Translations under genes and position numbers: made by a program | Assembly: GCA_937625935.1 (NCBI GenBank) | Contig: OW569393.1 | Location: 186,001 to 250,000 of the forward strand | Reading direction: 5' to 3' | DNA length: 64,000 bases | Origin: Tetramitus jugosus | Lineage: Eukaryota; Protista; Heterolobosea | Shown here: piece after piece, positions 1 through 10,793 of the stretch | Layout: each line of letters begins with the position of its first letter | Position numbering within the stretch: position 1 is the stretch's first letter | The notes under the pieces: generated by a model | The model's input: the letters and a program-made list of their open reading frames with translations, nothing else | What the model was told of the DNA's origin: nothing | Database searches by the model: none

Positions 1-973
1 TGACACCTTTGTCATTAATGTTCAGTTTGGTTAGACCTTTGAGATACAGAAATGCTGCATCAGTGAAGTGAATGTTGCGTGAAATGTCGAGTTCGGTGAG
101 ATTAGGTAATTGGGCGAACACTTCATCGCCCAGTGTCCTTTGGCAACAACTCAAGTCCAGTATAGTGAGTTTGCCGAGGTTCTTGAACGCTTCAGGGGTG
201 ATTGTTGTTATTGTGTCACTGCCACACAAGCTCAGATGCTCAAGATTTGAGAGGTGTTGAAATGCAGCATCTGTAATCGTCGCAGTGGTATGTCCTCCCA
301 TTTTCAGGACGCGAAGTCCCTCAAGGTGCTCAAACATCGCATCTGTGGCATATGTGCATGACGAGATATCCAGTTCCGTGAGCGCGGGCAAGTGTCTGAA
401 TACATCACGTATTTTTGGTAGATGACATTCCGTCATGGTGAGAGTACGCAACTCCTTCATGTTTTCGAACGCTTCACTCGAGAGCTGCATACAGCCTGAC
501 ACACTCAGTGAACGCAGCTTGGGCAAGCATCGGAGAGCCGCGTCAGAAAATTGCTGACAGTACGATATATTTAGCGTGCGAAGATTTACCAGGAGTTGCA
601 GCGTTTCGTCTCCCACATAGGAGGTAAATGGCATACTGAGGTTGAACAGTGCCTTTTCTGCGGTCACCATTGACTGTAACATATCTGTAGGGTTACTCCA
701 AAAGAAGGGCAGTGTTCGTTGCTTGTGAATCATGAAGATCAGGTTGTGTTTGATCTCGTTGATCTTTATGCACGTGTAACTGAACTTGATCCATGTGCGT
801 GTGTCCATGAACTCGATGGCCAAAATGAGACAGTCATCTGGCAGTAGCAACAGATTGGTACCTCCTGTGTACTGCGATGATACTTGGATGCGCTTGGCTG
901 TTGGTGCGGAAGCATGTGTCTTCCGGCGCTTGGCAGAGGGTGCGAGTTGCTGTCGGATCTGTCGTTGTACCAT
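1..973 (-). CDS. F-box / leucine-rich-repeat protein (3' part runs off the window)
   Basis: Manual translation from ATG 973 gives MVQRQIR...NLLLLPDDCLILAIEFMDTRTWIKFSYTC (F-box-like), followed by LxxLxLxxC/AF..L..L repeats. Absent from the ORF track because it is open at the edge. Confidence 0.75.
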   Translation of the reverse strand, partial: MVQRQIRQQLAPSAKRRKTHASAPTAKRIQVSSQYTGGTNLLLLPDDCLILAIEFMDTRTWIKFSYTCIKINEIKHNLIFMIHKQRTLPFFWSNPTDMLQSMVTAEKALFNLSMPFTSYVGDETLQLLVNLRTLNISYCQQFSDAALRCLPKLRSLSVSGCMQLSSEAFENMKELRTLTMTECHLPKIRDVFRHLPALTELDISSCTYATDAMFEHLEGLRVLKMGGHTTATITDAAFQHLSNLEHLSLCGSDTITTITPEAFKNLGKLTILDLSCCQRTLGDEVFAQLPNLTELDISRNIHFTDAAFLYLKGLTKLNINDKGV

Positions 974-1084
974 TGGTGTTTGTTTTTCTCTTGTTTTTTG
1001 TGAGTGCTCTATGTGATCCATGATTCTCCGTCGCTGCTCTCTGTTGTTTTGTCATGATCATACACATTGTTTTAATGAAGGTTC

Positions 1085-2017
1085 TTACAGTTCAGATGGT
1101 GCCAACTTTGCCTTTCTTTCTCTCTCAAACTCTAGCTCTGCAGGCCAAAAAACATTGGCATTAAACTCAAAGTCACTGGTACCAGAGAACCTCTTCTCAA
1201 CTGTGGTGATATCAAAAAACTTGGATAAGGAATCGACTTGCTCTTGATTCGACTTTCCAACAAAATGAATCTTTTGTCTTGTCACTGGATGTATAAATGG
1301 TTTTACCGCCGTAAAGAAAACAGAGAAAATAAATGGCGCGCTTATCAACAGCGCAGCGCCAAGTCTTTCAGGGTATTGATTGGACAAAATGTCCAGAATT
1401 TCACGAGCGACAGACAAGGGAGTGGCATGACGATTGGAGTACTCTCCAAAGTCAATGACCCAAACCATTTGCTCCACATTTTCACCCATGGAAGCAATGG
1501 CTTGTTCAATCGTGTACACCAAGAGCTGTACATTCTTGACATAATCCGTAGAGTTCTCTCTGCTCGGTGTCATGTAGATGGCTGGTCTACCCATATTGTC
1601 AAATCCCCGCCGAAACATTTTTCCTGTGCTTGCTTCCAATGCAAGCTTTTCACCTTCAATCTCCTCTGGTTTGTATTCTCGGCGCCACTTGAGTGAATCC
1701 AAGAGCATTTTGTGTGATTTGCTCAAGTTCCATTCTCTAGCTCTTAGATATCTCAATAAGCACGCATCACTACAAAACTAAACATTTACCAAAAATATCA
1801 TCAAAATCGAATTCCAAACCGTAGTGTAAGCGGCAAAATGCAATTGACCGTTTTTGGCGCGCCAAAAAAAAAGTTTCAAGCAAAAAAAAACAATTTGACT
1901 CACCTGCTTTTCTCTTTGTGTGAGTGGTGCTTCAGAATTGTCAAACATGAGACTACGGAATTCATCCAGAAGCGCCGTCTGTTTTTCATCTAGTTGAGTC
2001 CCATTGCCATTGCTCAT
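1085..2017 (-). CDS. CRAL-TRIO/Sec14-family lipid transfer protein, one intron (1778-1903)
   Basis: GTGAGT...TAG intron joins MSNGNG...REKQ to FCSDACLLRYLRAREW. Motifs GFDNMGRPAIY, QYPERLG and PFIHPVTRQKIHF. Confidence 0.9.
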
Positions 2018-2370
2018 TGTCAATTTTTGCTTGTGAAAATTTTTGTTTTTGGTTGAACATCCAATCGGGGAATATTTCGTCCGGTCCACGTTTTCGCCAA
2101 CCTCCGGAAATAGCCTTGACCATCATTTCAGGCACATCACATGACCACTCTCAATAAAAGACTACCTTAGCAGGCCATTATTGGCCACCCGGCTTCGATT
2201 GCTTCCTTGCAAGTGGGTCCAGTATCCATGGTCCAACAATGTTGTTTGCATTCTTGAAAGAGCCAACACACAACACCAACAAAACACTCTGCGAGTTCAT
2301 AACATTGTGTCAACCAAGGTTCTGCCTGTTTGAGAGCATAGTCAACAACAACAACCACAGAAACAACAAG

Positions 2371-5300
2371 ATGGTAAAGATTTTTAGATTGACAGGGATT
2401 ATCCATAATCTTCTGATCATTGCCCTTCTATTCATCATAGGTACAGCAAACCAGAGGAGTCTTGTTCAATGCAACACCCAAGCCTCATCTGCCAGAGTTG
2501 CTCGGATCAACTGTGGAGGTTTAGCACTGACTGATTCCGCTGGTGTTGAATGGTCAGCGGACGAATATTACAATTTAGGTACTCGGTTGAGTACACCATT
2601 GTCCTTGCTTACAGCAGGATTAGACACCATTTACTTGACAGAGAGAAAGAATGATAACGCGAGAGCACGTGTCAAGTATGAAATTCCATTGACAAAGGGC
2701 AACTATCTCTGTTCGCTGCACTTTGCAGAAACATCGACACAAGTGACGGCCAAGGGTCAACGAGTCTTCGATGTGCTCATCAACGATCAAGTTACGCTCG
2801 CCTCCCTGGACATTTTCGACAAAGTTGGTGCAGGTAAGAAATTTGTGCACTCAGTGAATTGCACGACCACGAGCAACGGCCGCATTCAGATTGCTCTTGC
2901 CAAGAGAGCAGGTATTCCAAAGATTAATGCCATTGAGGTATCGTCGCTTGATCCTGAGCCTCAACCTTCTCCGTCTCCAGAGCCTAGTACTGGTGGTTCC
3001 AATCCTCCACCAGCAGAATCATCGAACACCCCTATTCCAAGTACTAGTGGAGAGTTTGATCATATTGGACATTCTGTCATTTCAGTTCAATCCAACACTG
3101 TAGTAGATATTAGCAATGCAGGAAAGGTGACTGTTACATTAGATGGAAAATATTCTCATACCCACGCTCCTGCACCTGTGAATTGCTGTGTGTTTGAATG
3201 GTCATACAAGGGTGTTGTGATTGGAACACAAGTTACAGTCGATGTGTCGATGCCAATCGGTGCTAACACTGTTGTACTTAAGGTGACAGATACAAAGGGT
3301 AACTCTGCCGATTCATCTGTGACTATTAATGTTGTTCCTCCAATCATGCAAGGTTTGGAGGCTTACTATTACCAGTATTCAACTAGTTTGGACGTGATGC
3401 CTGCGTTTGAAATCAAACCGACGTATGCTCAGTTGGAAGACGATTTGAATTATCGTTCTTCTACAGCTGGTACCAACAACTTTAAGGGTGCTCCATTCGA
3501 TTTTAACTTTGGTGCTAGATATGTTGCCTTGCTGAGAGTACCAACGACTGGATCATATTTATTCTCCACACTCTCTGCAGATGGAAGTTTAGTGTACATT
3601 GATGGTAATCTCGTAGTGGACAACAATGGATTGCATCCATTGCAAGAAAAGGTTGGTACGCCCATCACTCTCACTCAAGGAGACCATAATTTCGAATGCA
3701 AATTCTTCAGAGGAGGAACAAGTTATCCCGGTATTGTTGTGAATTGGCAATTGCCTGGTGGTGCTGGATTAAACCCTATTCCTGCAGCAGCTTTCTTCCA
3801 CAGTGAGAGCAAGAAAGTTCCGGTACTATTCTCAATCTCTCCTGCTACGGGACCACCAACCGGAGGTAATACTCTTACTCTATCCGGATATGGTTTTGTG
3901 TTTTTAACAGGTGAAATCATAGTGAATTTGGGATCGTATCAATGTATTAACGTTCAAGTTGTTGACTCTCAGACCATTCAGTGTACCTCTCCACCACAAG
4001 CAGCAGGTCAAGTAGCTGTCTCTGTTCAATCTCCGACTGGTTCTTCCAACTCAATCGGTTTTCTCTATACAGCCGATGCACCTCCAGCCATCCTATGGAA
4101 CGCATTTGAGAATTGGGCCACCAACATTCCTAACCCAACTGTACTCAATTTCGGTCCTGACGATAAGTTGTATGTCGGTTCGGTGAATGGTCAAATTATT
4201 CGATTGACTCTTTCAGACGACATGACCATCCAGAGCACGTTTACTAGTAATGTTTTGATTGGGAGGAACATTCTCGGTTTAAGTTTCAACCCACTGGACA
4301 CTGATCCTAACAATGTTCGATTATATGTCGCTCACAATCAATTATATCATGGAACAGAGAATGATCAAGTCGGTATGGTTTCAGTGATTAGTGGAGCAAA
4401 TCTTGACAACCGTGTTGATATTATCACTGGATTGCCCGTCAGTGAGAGAGATCATGGAATCAATGGTATTGATTTCTCGCAAGATTTGGATATCTATGTG
4501 ATGGCTGGTAGCAATACCAATGGTGGAATTCCAGGACCGTTGACTCCATCAGGAACACAAGAAGAGAAACAACTCAGTGCTTGCATGCTTGAATGCAAGA
4601 AATGTGGTGCCAAAGCTCTTGCTGACATTGATGGAAAAGTCACGTACACGAATAATGATAATTTGAATGGTAACCAGATTACAGGAATGGATGTGAGTTG
4701 TTATTCGTATGGTGTTAAGAACTCATTTGCCCCTCTGGTCCATTCGAATGGTAACATCTACGCTGCCGACAATGGACCTACAGCCATTTACGGAGCATCT
4801 TCCGCTTCGTGTACAGAGGAAGGTCCTAACCCTGGTACGCAAGATAAATTTTTGATTCTAAAGAAGGGTAATTACTATGGTCACCCTGTGAGAGCAAGAG
4901 GAAGAAAGGGCGACGCCAGACAATGCAAATACAGATCCCCATCTGAGCCTAGTGATGCCGACTATACTGCACCAATTTCGATTCTTCCATCTTCGACAGA
5001 TGGTATTCTCGAGTATCAATCGAATGCATTCAGGGGCTCGATGAAAGGAAACATTATTGCTTCTCGTTTCACAGGAGAATTGTGGAGAATAGTTCTAACG
5101 GCAGATGGCCAAGCAGTGCAGGAGAAGGGTCAGCTTCATGCTTTAGGAGGTTTGAACGTAGCAGAAGGATTTGAAGGTCAATTAGTGGCTTGCGATTATT
5201 ATAACAATAAGGTAACCATGATCTCTCCTAATGAACCTGCAATCACAAGCTTGTTCATTACATCTGTACGACCACATCGGGGTGTCATTGCCGGAGGAAA

Positions 5301-5508
5301 CACAATTACTGTAAGAGGATATCAATTCGCTGCTGGGTTAACAGCAACCATTGGAGGAAAGGCATGCACCAACGTTCAATTCATATCGAACAGAAAGTTC
5401 AAGTGTAACATGCCTGCAGGAACTGCGAACGCACTCGTTGGTATTCAAGTAACTGTTGGAGGTCAATCAGCAACAATGGGCAATGCCTACAAATATTTAA
5501 ATGTATAA
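2371..5508 (+). CDS. Secreted multidomain protein: malectin, PKD-like, PA14, IPT/TIG, sugar-dehydrogenase-like beta-propeller, IPT/TIG
   Basis: Signal-like N-terminus from ATG 2371. Malectin RINCGG...LHFAE...GQRVFDV; PA14 SADGSLVYIDG..VVDNNGLH; IPT SISPATGPPTGGNTLTLSG and a C-terminal repeat; propeller GLPVSERDHGING. Confidence 0.8.
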   Translation: MVKIFRLTGIIHNLLIIALLFIIGTANQRSLVQCNTQASSARVARINCGGLALTDSAGVEWSADEYYNLGTRLSTPLSLLTAGLDTIYLTERKNDNARARVKYEIPLTKGNYLCSLHFAETSTQVTAKGQRVFDVLINDQVTLASLDIFDKVGAGKKFVHSVNCTTTSNGRIQIALAKRAGIPKINAIEVSSLDPEPQPSPSPEPSTGGSNPPPAESSNTPIPSTSGEFDHIGHSVISVQSNTVVDISNAGKVTVTLDGKYSHTHAPAPVNCCVFEWSYKGVVIGTQVTVDVSMPIGANTVVLKVTDTKGNSADSSVTINVVPPIMQGLEAYYYQYSTSLDVMPAFEIKPTYAQLEDDLNYRSSTAGTNNFKGAPFDFNFGARYVALLRVPTTGSYLFSTLSADGSLVYIDGNLVVDNNGLHPLQEKVGTPITLTQGDHNFECKFFRGGTSYPGIVVNWQLPGGAGLNPIPAAAFFHSESKKVPVLFSISPATGPPTGGNTLTLSGYGFVFLTGEIIVNLGSYQCINVQVVDSQTIQCTSPPQAAGQVAVSVQSPTGSSNSIGFLYTADAPPAILWNAFENWATNIPNPTVLNFGPDDKLYVGSVNGQIIRLTLSDDMTIQSTFTSNVLIGRNILGLSFNPLDTDPNNVRLYVAHNQLYHGTENDQVGMVSVISGANLDNRVDIITGLPVSERDHGINGIDFSQDLDIYVMAGSNTNGGIPGPLTPSGTQEEKQLSACMLECKKCGAKALADIDGKVTYTNNDNLNGNQITGMDVSCYSYGVKNSFAPLVHSNGNIYAADNGPTAIYGASSASCTEEGPNPGTQDKFLILKKGNYYGHPVRARGRKGDARQCKYRSPSEPSDADYTAPISILPSSTDGILEYQSNAFRGSMKGNIIASRFTGELWRIVLTADGQAVQEKGQLHALGGLNVAEGFEGQLVACDYYNNKVTMISPNEPAITSLFITSVRPHRGVIAGGNTITVRGYQFAAGLTATIGGKACTNVQFISNRKFKCNMPAGTANALVGIQVTVGGQSATMGNAYKYLNV

Positions 5509-5907
5509 ACACAATAAACAATTTCATAGTTAAGAAGATAAGTTATTCCAGAAGATTTGATCACCCAACAAATCACCAAGAATATGAACAAACCAATTTT
5601 TGGCAAGTACTATCGCTGGACCAAGTTTGGAAATTGCGATCCTCGAGACGAGCTCATAACTTTTTTCGGACAATGGATAAGTAGATTTTGAAAAGTGAAT
5701 CCCTTGTTGCGGACAGGATATTTGAATGAGATTGAATAAGCGAGCCGCCAAGCAGGATATGACAACGAATGGTCCTTTATCCACAGGATTAATATACGAA
5801 CCTTCCCGTTGAGGTGCAGTATATCTGATCACAACACAACCAAAATTCATTCAACAAAATACGAACCAACAACATTAACTAAGTCAACCAACTACATCTA
5901 GAACAAT

Positions 5908-7107
5908 ATGATACAACACAAGAAGACGAAATCTTTATTCGTACTGCTGTTCCTCGCAGTAACACTCTTTATGGCAACAGTCACTCACTGCTATGATCCC
6001 ATCAGTACTTCCATCGAAGTCATTGGCGGAGAGGGAATGAATCAGTATATATTTGACTTGGGTCAATATCAGAAAGTGGAACTTGATATTGTCAACCCAA
6101 CTGAAACTTTCAAGTTCAAGCTTGAATACTACGGAGAAGCGAGTTCAGACTCTAGTAAGTTGGCTCCTCAAGCAACTCGTATCGCTTTCTTTACTCTTGT
6201 CATTCTCGACGAAGAAAAGCTTCCCAACTTGGATTTTGGTGCAGCAATCCGTTTCATTTACAATGACGGTCTGTTCAGTGTAAGTCCAGGTTCATTGAAC
6301 TGGTATCAATTGAGAAGTGACAAGTGGAGAAGTTTCCCCGATAACTCCATTATCAGTACGACTACAAAGACTCTTTCTCAAGGTTTCCAAAGAGAAGATT
6401 TGAGACCTGGTCAAACTCAATTGGGAGTGTTTGGTGGCAGTGCTGTGACCTTCCCTGAAGATGACTATGACTATGAATTGTACACTCGATATGATGTTAC
6501 ACTATCTGCTTTCAAGTCCGTTCAAAACAAGTTCTCGTTCGCACTACCAGGAAAGAATGAAGCTTTCGATATGGAAGTCTTGGGCGCCGATCGTGCCTTT
6601 AACTTTACTGTGAGTCGAACAACTGAAAATCCTCATCCTGGTGCTTCATTTAGATCGGGAACCAACATGGGACTGTACTACTTGACAATTCAGTTGCAAG
6701 GAATGGGAAAACCTACTTACAACATGGTGTTTAGATACAAGTTTGACAAATTGAGATCAGACGTGAAATCAGGAACCTTGTCTTTTGGTTACTTCAAGAA
6801 CAATGCCTACTCTGCGTTCAAGTGGGAAGTGACGAGCAATGAATCATCAGGAGTGATTTCTCAGAGTGCGTCCACCATTGATGACGACATGGGAAATCCA
6901 ATTGTGTTGGCTGTTTTGGCACAGAGCACGGGTTCAGTTCCATCTCCTTCAAGTTCTTCTCCTTCTCCTGCTACTTCCACTTCGCCACGTGGTTCTTCTT
7001 CGGTGACGAAGCCAAGAGATTCCACAGGCTCAGCACCTGCCAATAGAGGTAGTTTTGTGTTGGCTACCTTGCTCATCTCAATGATGGCAATGATCCTTCT
7101 TTTGTAA
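5908..7107 (+). CDS. Secreted/surface protein, probable GPI anchor, unknown function
   Basis: 399-aa ORF with N-terminal signal peptide, S/T/P-rich stalk and hydrophobic C-terminal tail. Confidence 0.7.
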   Translation: MIQHKKTKSLFVLLFLAVTLFMATVTHCYDPISTSIEVIGGEGMNQYIFDLGQYQKVELDIVNPTETFKFKLEYYGEASSDSSKLAPQATRIAFFTLVILDEEKLPNLDFGAAIRFIYNDGLFSVSPGSLNWYQLRSDKWRSFPDNSIISTTTKTLSQGFQREDLRPGQTQLGVFGGSAVTFPEDDYDYELYTRYDVTLSAFKSVQNKFSFALPGKNEAFDMEVLGADRAFNFTVSRTTENPHPGASFRSGTNMGLYYLTIQLQGMGKPTYNMVFRYKFDKLRSDVKSGTLSFGYFKNNAYSAFKWEVTSNESSGVISQSASTIDDDMGNPIVLAVLAQSTGSVPSPSSSSPSPATSTSPRGSSSVTKPRDSTGSAPANRGSFVLATLLISMMAMILLL

Positions 7108-7654
7108 ATAATTTCAGAAGTTTTTTTTGGCGGAGTAGTTTTGTAAAGTGCTTGTCTAGGTACTACAATTGAACCATGTGAATAAAGAGAAGAGTTTAAG
7201 TAGTTGCTGTTGTGCCCTCAAACCGCACATTAACAAGTTCGGATTATTTAAGAACTTGAATTTCAGATCTTCACACGAACCACAAAAAATTTGGACAGTG
7301 CGTTCGTGGCAAGTATTTAATCGGCCAGTGTATGTCACTAAAGTAAGGAACATTGCTGCAACTCATAAATTTGACAGGCGTAGTGTAGATGGGAGAACTT
7401 CACGGTTCGTCAATGGAACACCATCACTGTTGTAATTTCGGACAACATAGTTGCCCAACTCTCGTTCCTGTTTTGTTTTTCAGCTCATTTCAATCAACTA
7501 TTCATGACACCTAAACAATCCGCTCTCTTGTCACTCAAGGCGAGCAGCGACAGGTCGATTGATTAATTCAGCAACGTGCAGTACTGGAAACAGAAAGGAT
7601 CATGTGTGTTCTTTGGAAGTATCATTTATTTTTCAGTCAAGTAGGTATCTCTGT

Positions 7655-8515
7655 CTATTCATCGACAGTTGTGAGAAGAAATGCAAAAACAATCAGATCC
7701 AAGAGATGGTAATGGTCAGTTACACTGTTCAAGCCCAGTGCAGCCCTGAACTCATCCAAAGCCACATTACCAGCAAATGGACCCACAGCTTCGCAAATAA
7801 AAATTCGTCGAGGTGTGGTATCATCTGCTTGCTCATAAACAATATTAATATCAACATAATCAGACTCGTCTTGGTTGTCCTTTAAATTTTCATATGTTAG
7901 CAAAATATCTGCTCCAATCCGAATACTGGACATTCTCTTCGTGGAAATATCACCCGTATCGCGATTCACAAACCCACGCTCCACTTTTACACTTTCAAAA
8001 GTGACACGACTATAAAACTTGTCATACACTTCCTGTCTTTGCTTTTTAGTCAAATTCAAGTTCGTTGGATATTCAATACCATAAACAGGAGTTTTACCTT
8101 GGACCCAGTTTTTCCAGATGGGTCTCCTCTGTTCCAACAGAATCATTGCTTGGACTTTAGAATGAGGTTTCTTGATCACAGCAATCAACTGATCCAGTTC
8201 CTTCTCAGCTGATTCACCTTCTCCTTCAATACTTAACATGTACTGAAGCATGGATGGAATGCAAGCTTTGAATTGATGGTACTTGAATCGTGGATTCTCT
8301 CTGAAAGCACTCGACACCAGACGACCAGTTAACACAAAGTTGACAACAGTTCGACTGTCACTAATGGAAATGAAGTCGATCACGATGGAGATGACTTCAG
8401 ATGGGAGTTCCTTGAATCGAGTGTCCATCTTGTCCAGAATCTTTGTTGTTTTCTGCTTCTTCCTTGGATTTGAAGTGTCAGCTTTCCTGGTGCGCGTACT
8501 TGCTCTTGTTCTCAT
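7655..8515 (-). CDS. F-box-like protein with basic NLS
   Basis: RFKELPSEVISIVIDFISISD..VVNFVLTGR matches the F-box pattern; PRKKQK NLS. Confidence 0.6.
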   Translation of the reverse strand: MRTRASTRTRKADTSNPRKKQKTTKILDKMDTRFKELPSEVISIVIDFISISDSRTVVNFVLTGRLVSSAFRENPRFKYHQFKACIPSMLQYMLSIEGEGESAEKELDQLIAVIKKPHSKVQAMILLEQRRPIWKNWVQGKTPVYGIEYPTNLNLTKKQRQEVYDKFYSRVTFESVKVERGFVNRDTGDISTKRMSSIRIGADILLTYENLKDNQDESDYVDINIVYEQADDTTPRRIFICEAVGPFAGNVALDEFRAALGLNSVTDHYHLLDLIVFAFLLTTVDE

Positions 8516-8632
8516 TCTGGATCTTTGATATGTACTCTTGGTTCTTTTTTTTCACTTTTGTGCAAGTAGTTTGGGACTTGAGAATTGCTTCGAGAGACAC
8601 ATGTCGTGAAGCGGTTTGCACAAGACAATACA

Positions 8633-9037
8633 TTACAAGCTTCTTTTATTTGTGGAATAGGACACGACTGACATTGTTCCTTCGCGTTCAGAATTTCTTC
8701 TTCTCACCACCCGTAAATCTGTTCTTTCGCGCCCAACACCACTCAAATTTTCCTCCTCCGACATTAAATTTTTCCGCTGTGTGCAACTTGTGGGTTGTGG
8801 AGTCAACAATGATGGAAGCTCATTTGGTTTTGGTGGCGAACCGTTCAAAGAAGAAGAACCTTGTTCATACTTGATTTGTGTGTACTGTTTTATCAAATCA
8901 ATGTTTCGAATAATGTTGTAGATGCTGTAGAGAAACACATGAACTCGTTGTTGTGGCGACAACAAAATTTCATCTTGTTGCTCTTCATTTTGATGAGCGC
9001 CACTTGCCAACGAAGTTTGATCCTTTTCCTCTTCCAT
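8633..9037 (-). CDS. Hypothetical protein (structure uncertain)
   Basis: 134-aa ORF in an otherwise gene-sized gap; no confident motif. Confidence 0.3.
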   Translation of the reverse strand: MEEEKDQTSLASGAHQNEEQQDEILLSPQQRVHVFLYSIYNIIRNIDLIKQYTQIKYEQGSSSLNGSPPKPNELPSLLTPQPTSCTQRKNLMSEEENLSGVGRERTDLRVVRRRNSEREGTMSVVSYSTNKRSL

Positions 9038-9094
9038 TGATTACTCGAATTTTTTTGGTAGGCGGAAGAATGTTTTTTATGGAATACAACTCAC

Positions 9095-10588
9095 TTATTG
9101 TTGTTGACTGTAACTTCGATTGTGTGGATGACGATGTCTTGGGAACACAAAGTAGTCCTTGGTGAGATTAATCCTATACTTCTCAAAGGGACAGCTCCGA
9201 TAGGCTGAATTCTCATAGTGGAACGAAGTGTCACCACGGACCGATTGTGCTGCATATCTGTTCCAGAATATCACGTCAATCATGCGAAGTAAGTTCCATT
9301 CAAAAGGATAGTCCTTTGGGAATGTAGGGCATGCTTCCAAAAGAGCTGATGCATATTCGTCAATCTGTTGGTGGCATAAGAAATTTTTCACTGTTTCAGG
9401 AAGTGCTAATTTCCTTGCCAGGTCTGGATGGAATTCTATTGAGAGTTGTCTCATGCTGTTCTTCCGTAAACTTGTGAGAATAGTATGATCTCCAAAATTG
9501 ATCCCCAGAGCTTTGCACACTGAGTCCACGAATGACATACTGTTCCGGCCAAATCCATTATCTGTTCGGTACTTGAAGTGATACTTTGAGTTCCATTTAC
9601 ACACCTGAGATGCAATAATATCCAATGCTTTCTTTGCCAGAGGACCTTTGAAAAATATTCCTCCTTTGACATACAATGTCATACGATTGTATACCTTCTT
9701 TGGTACTACTAATCCAGGGGCAACTGTTGGAGGGATGAAGTGTTACTCTTCGAGTCTCTAAAGGTACGAAATAGTTTATCTACTTACCCCATGTTAATAA
9801 ATAGGGACCTACCAATATTCCACACTGAATTCGATTGGTTTCTGTCGATTCTGCATCCATTAGAGGATTCAAACATTGTTTCAGTGACAAGTTTCGCGGC
9901 TCCTCAATCCAAACGTAATGAACCTTAAGGATATCCTCTCTCCTGAGAACGAGTTCGTTTTTGAAATTTTCAGCTTGAAATGGCGACTCTAGTTTTCCAT
10001 ACGCTCCGGAGTAGCTCAACGTGAACCAGAACCGATCATTATCTGTAAGGTTTGTTGGATCTTCGCCCCAAACCTTTTTGTACAGTTTCTCTGTTCTTTC
10101 TAAATTATTTGCCATGTATGTTTGAATCAAGTGATCACGAACTGAAAGGTATCGAGCAAAAACTATCTTGGTTGAAGTAGGTATTGATTCATGGTTCGAT
10201 AACTTTTCAAATTTCTTGACAATCTTTTCAACAAACTTCGATTGATGTGAGGAAGAGTATGACATCAGTTCTTCAATCTGTAGTAACAATTTATCTACAT
10301 CTTCACTCTCTACTCCTAGGCTCATTAACTCAGCTTTGTTCAGTTCGCACAGTTTTGCACCATCAATCTCCCGTTGTTTAAAGAATTCATTCATTTTTCA
10401 AATTATCGAGTTAAGAACCTTGTTTAGAACTAATTACACATTTCTCTTTATTTTAAAGCTCAATGGTAGTACATACTCGTATACTTGGAGAATCCATTGT
10501 TTGTTAACCAATCTGTGACTGTTTTCTTATCCCAAACATCAACAGTTCTTTCATCAAGAAACGATCCCTTTGTTTGAGTCAGTCCCAT
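9095..10588 (-). CDS. N-myristoylated SAM-domain protein with permuted-papain (PPPDE-like) domain, probably inactive; two introns
   Basis: Exon 1 MGLTQTK...VWDKKTVTDWLTNNGFSKY plus FFKQREIDGAKLCELNKAELMSLGV forms a SAM domain. Intron 9724-9787 (GTAAGT..CAG) joins the 9780-10394 and 9095-9682 ORFs in frame (LVGPYLLTWVAPGLVVPKK). The first intron has no obvious in-frame AG acceptor. Confidence 0.6.
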
Positions 10589-10793
10589 GGCTTCACAACA
10601 GCTAGATTCGACAAATGAAAATCCCTTGTTTATTTGACGAGAAAGTGGAACAAGGGATCGTACGTTGGCGTTGCGGAGGTTTTAACTCTCCTAGCACGCG
10701 CCACTTTTTGATTTACGGCAAATTGTTGCAACGATTGGAGAGGAGTTGTCAATTCAAGAATTTTGTGATTGGATCATTTGATAATTCTAGAGA

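Noticed and set aside
8590-9037. RNase P subunit Rpp21-like gene
   Set aside because: QRVHVFLY and SLLTP resemble it weakly, but the CxxC zinc ligands cannot be placed in frame.
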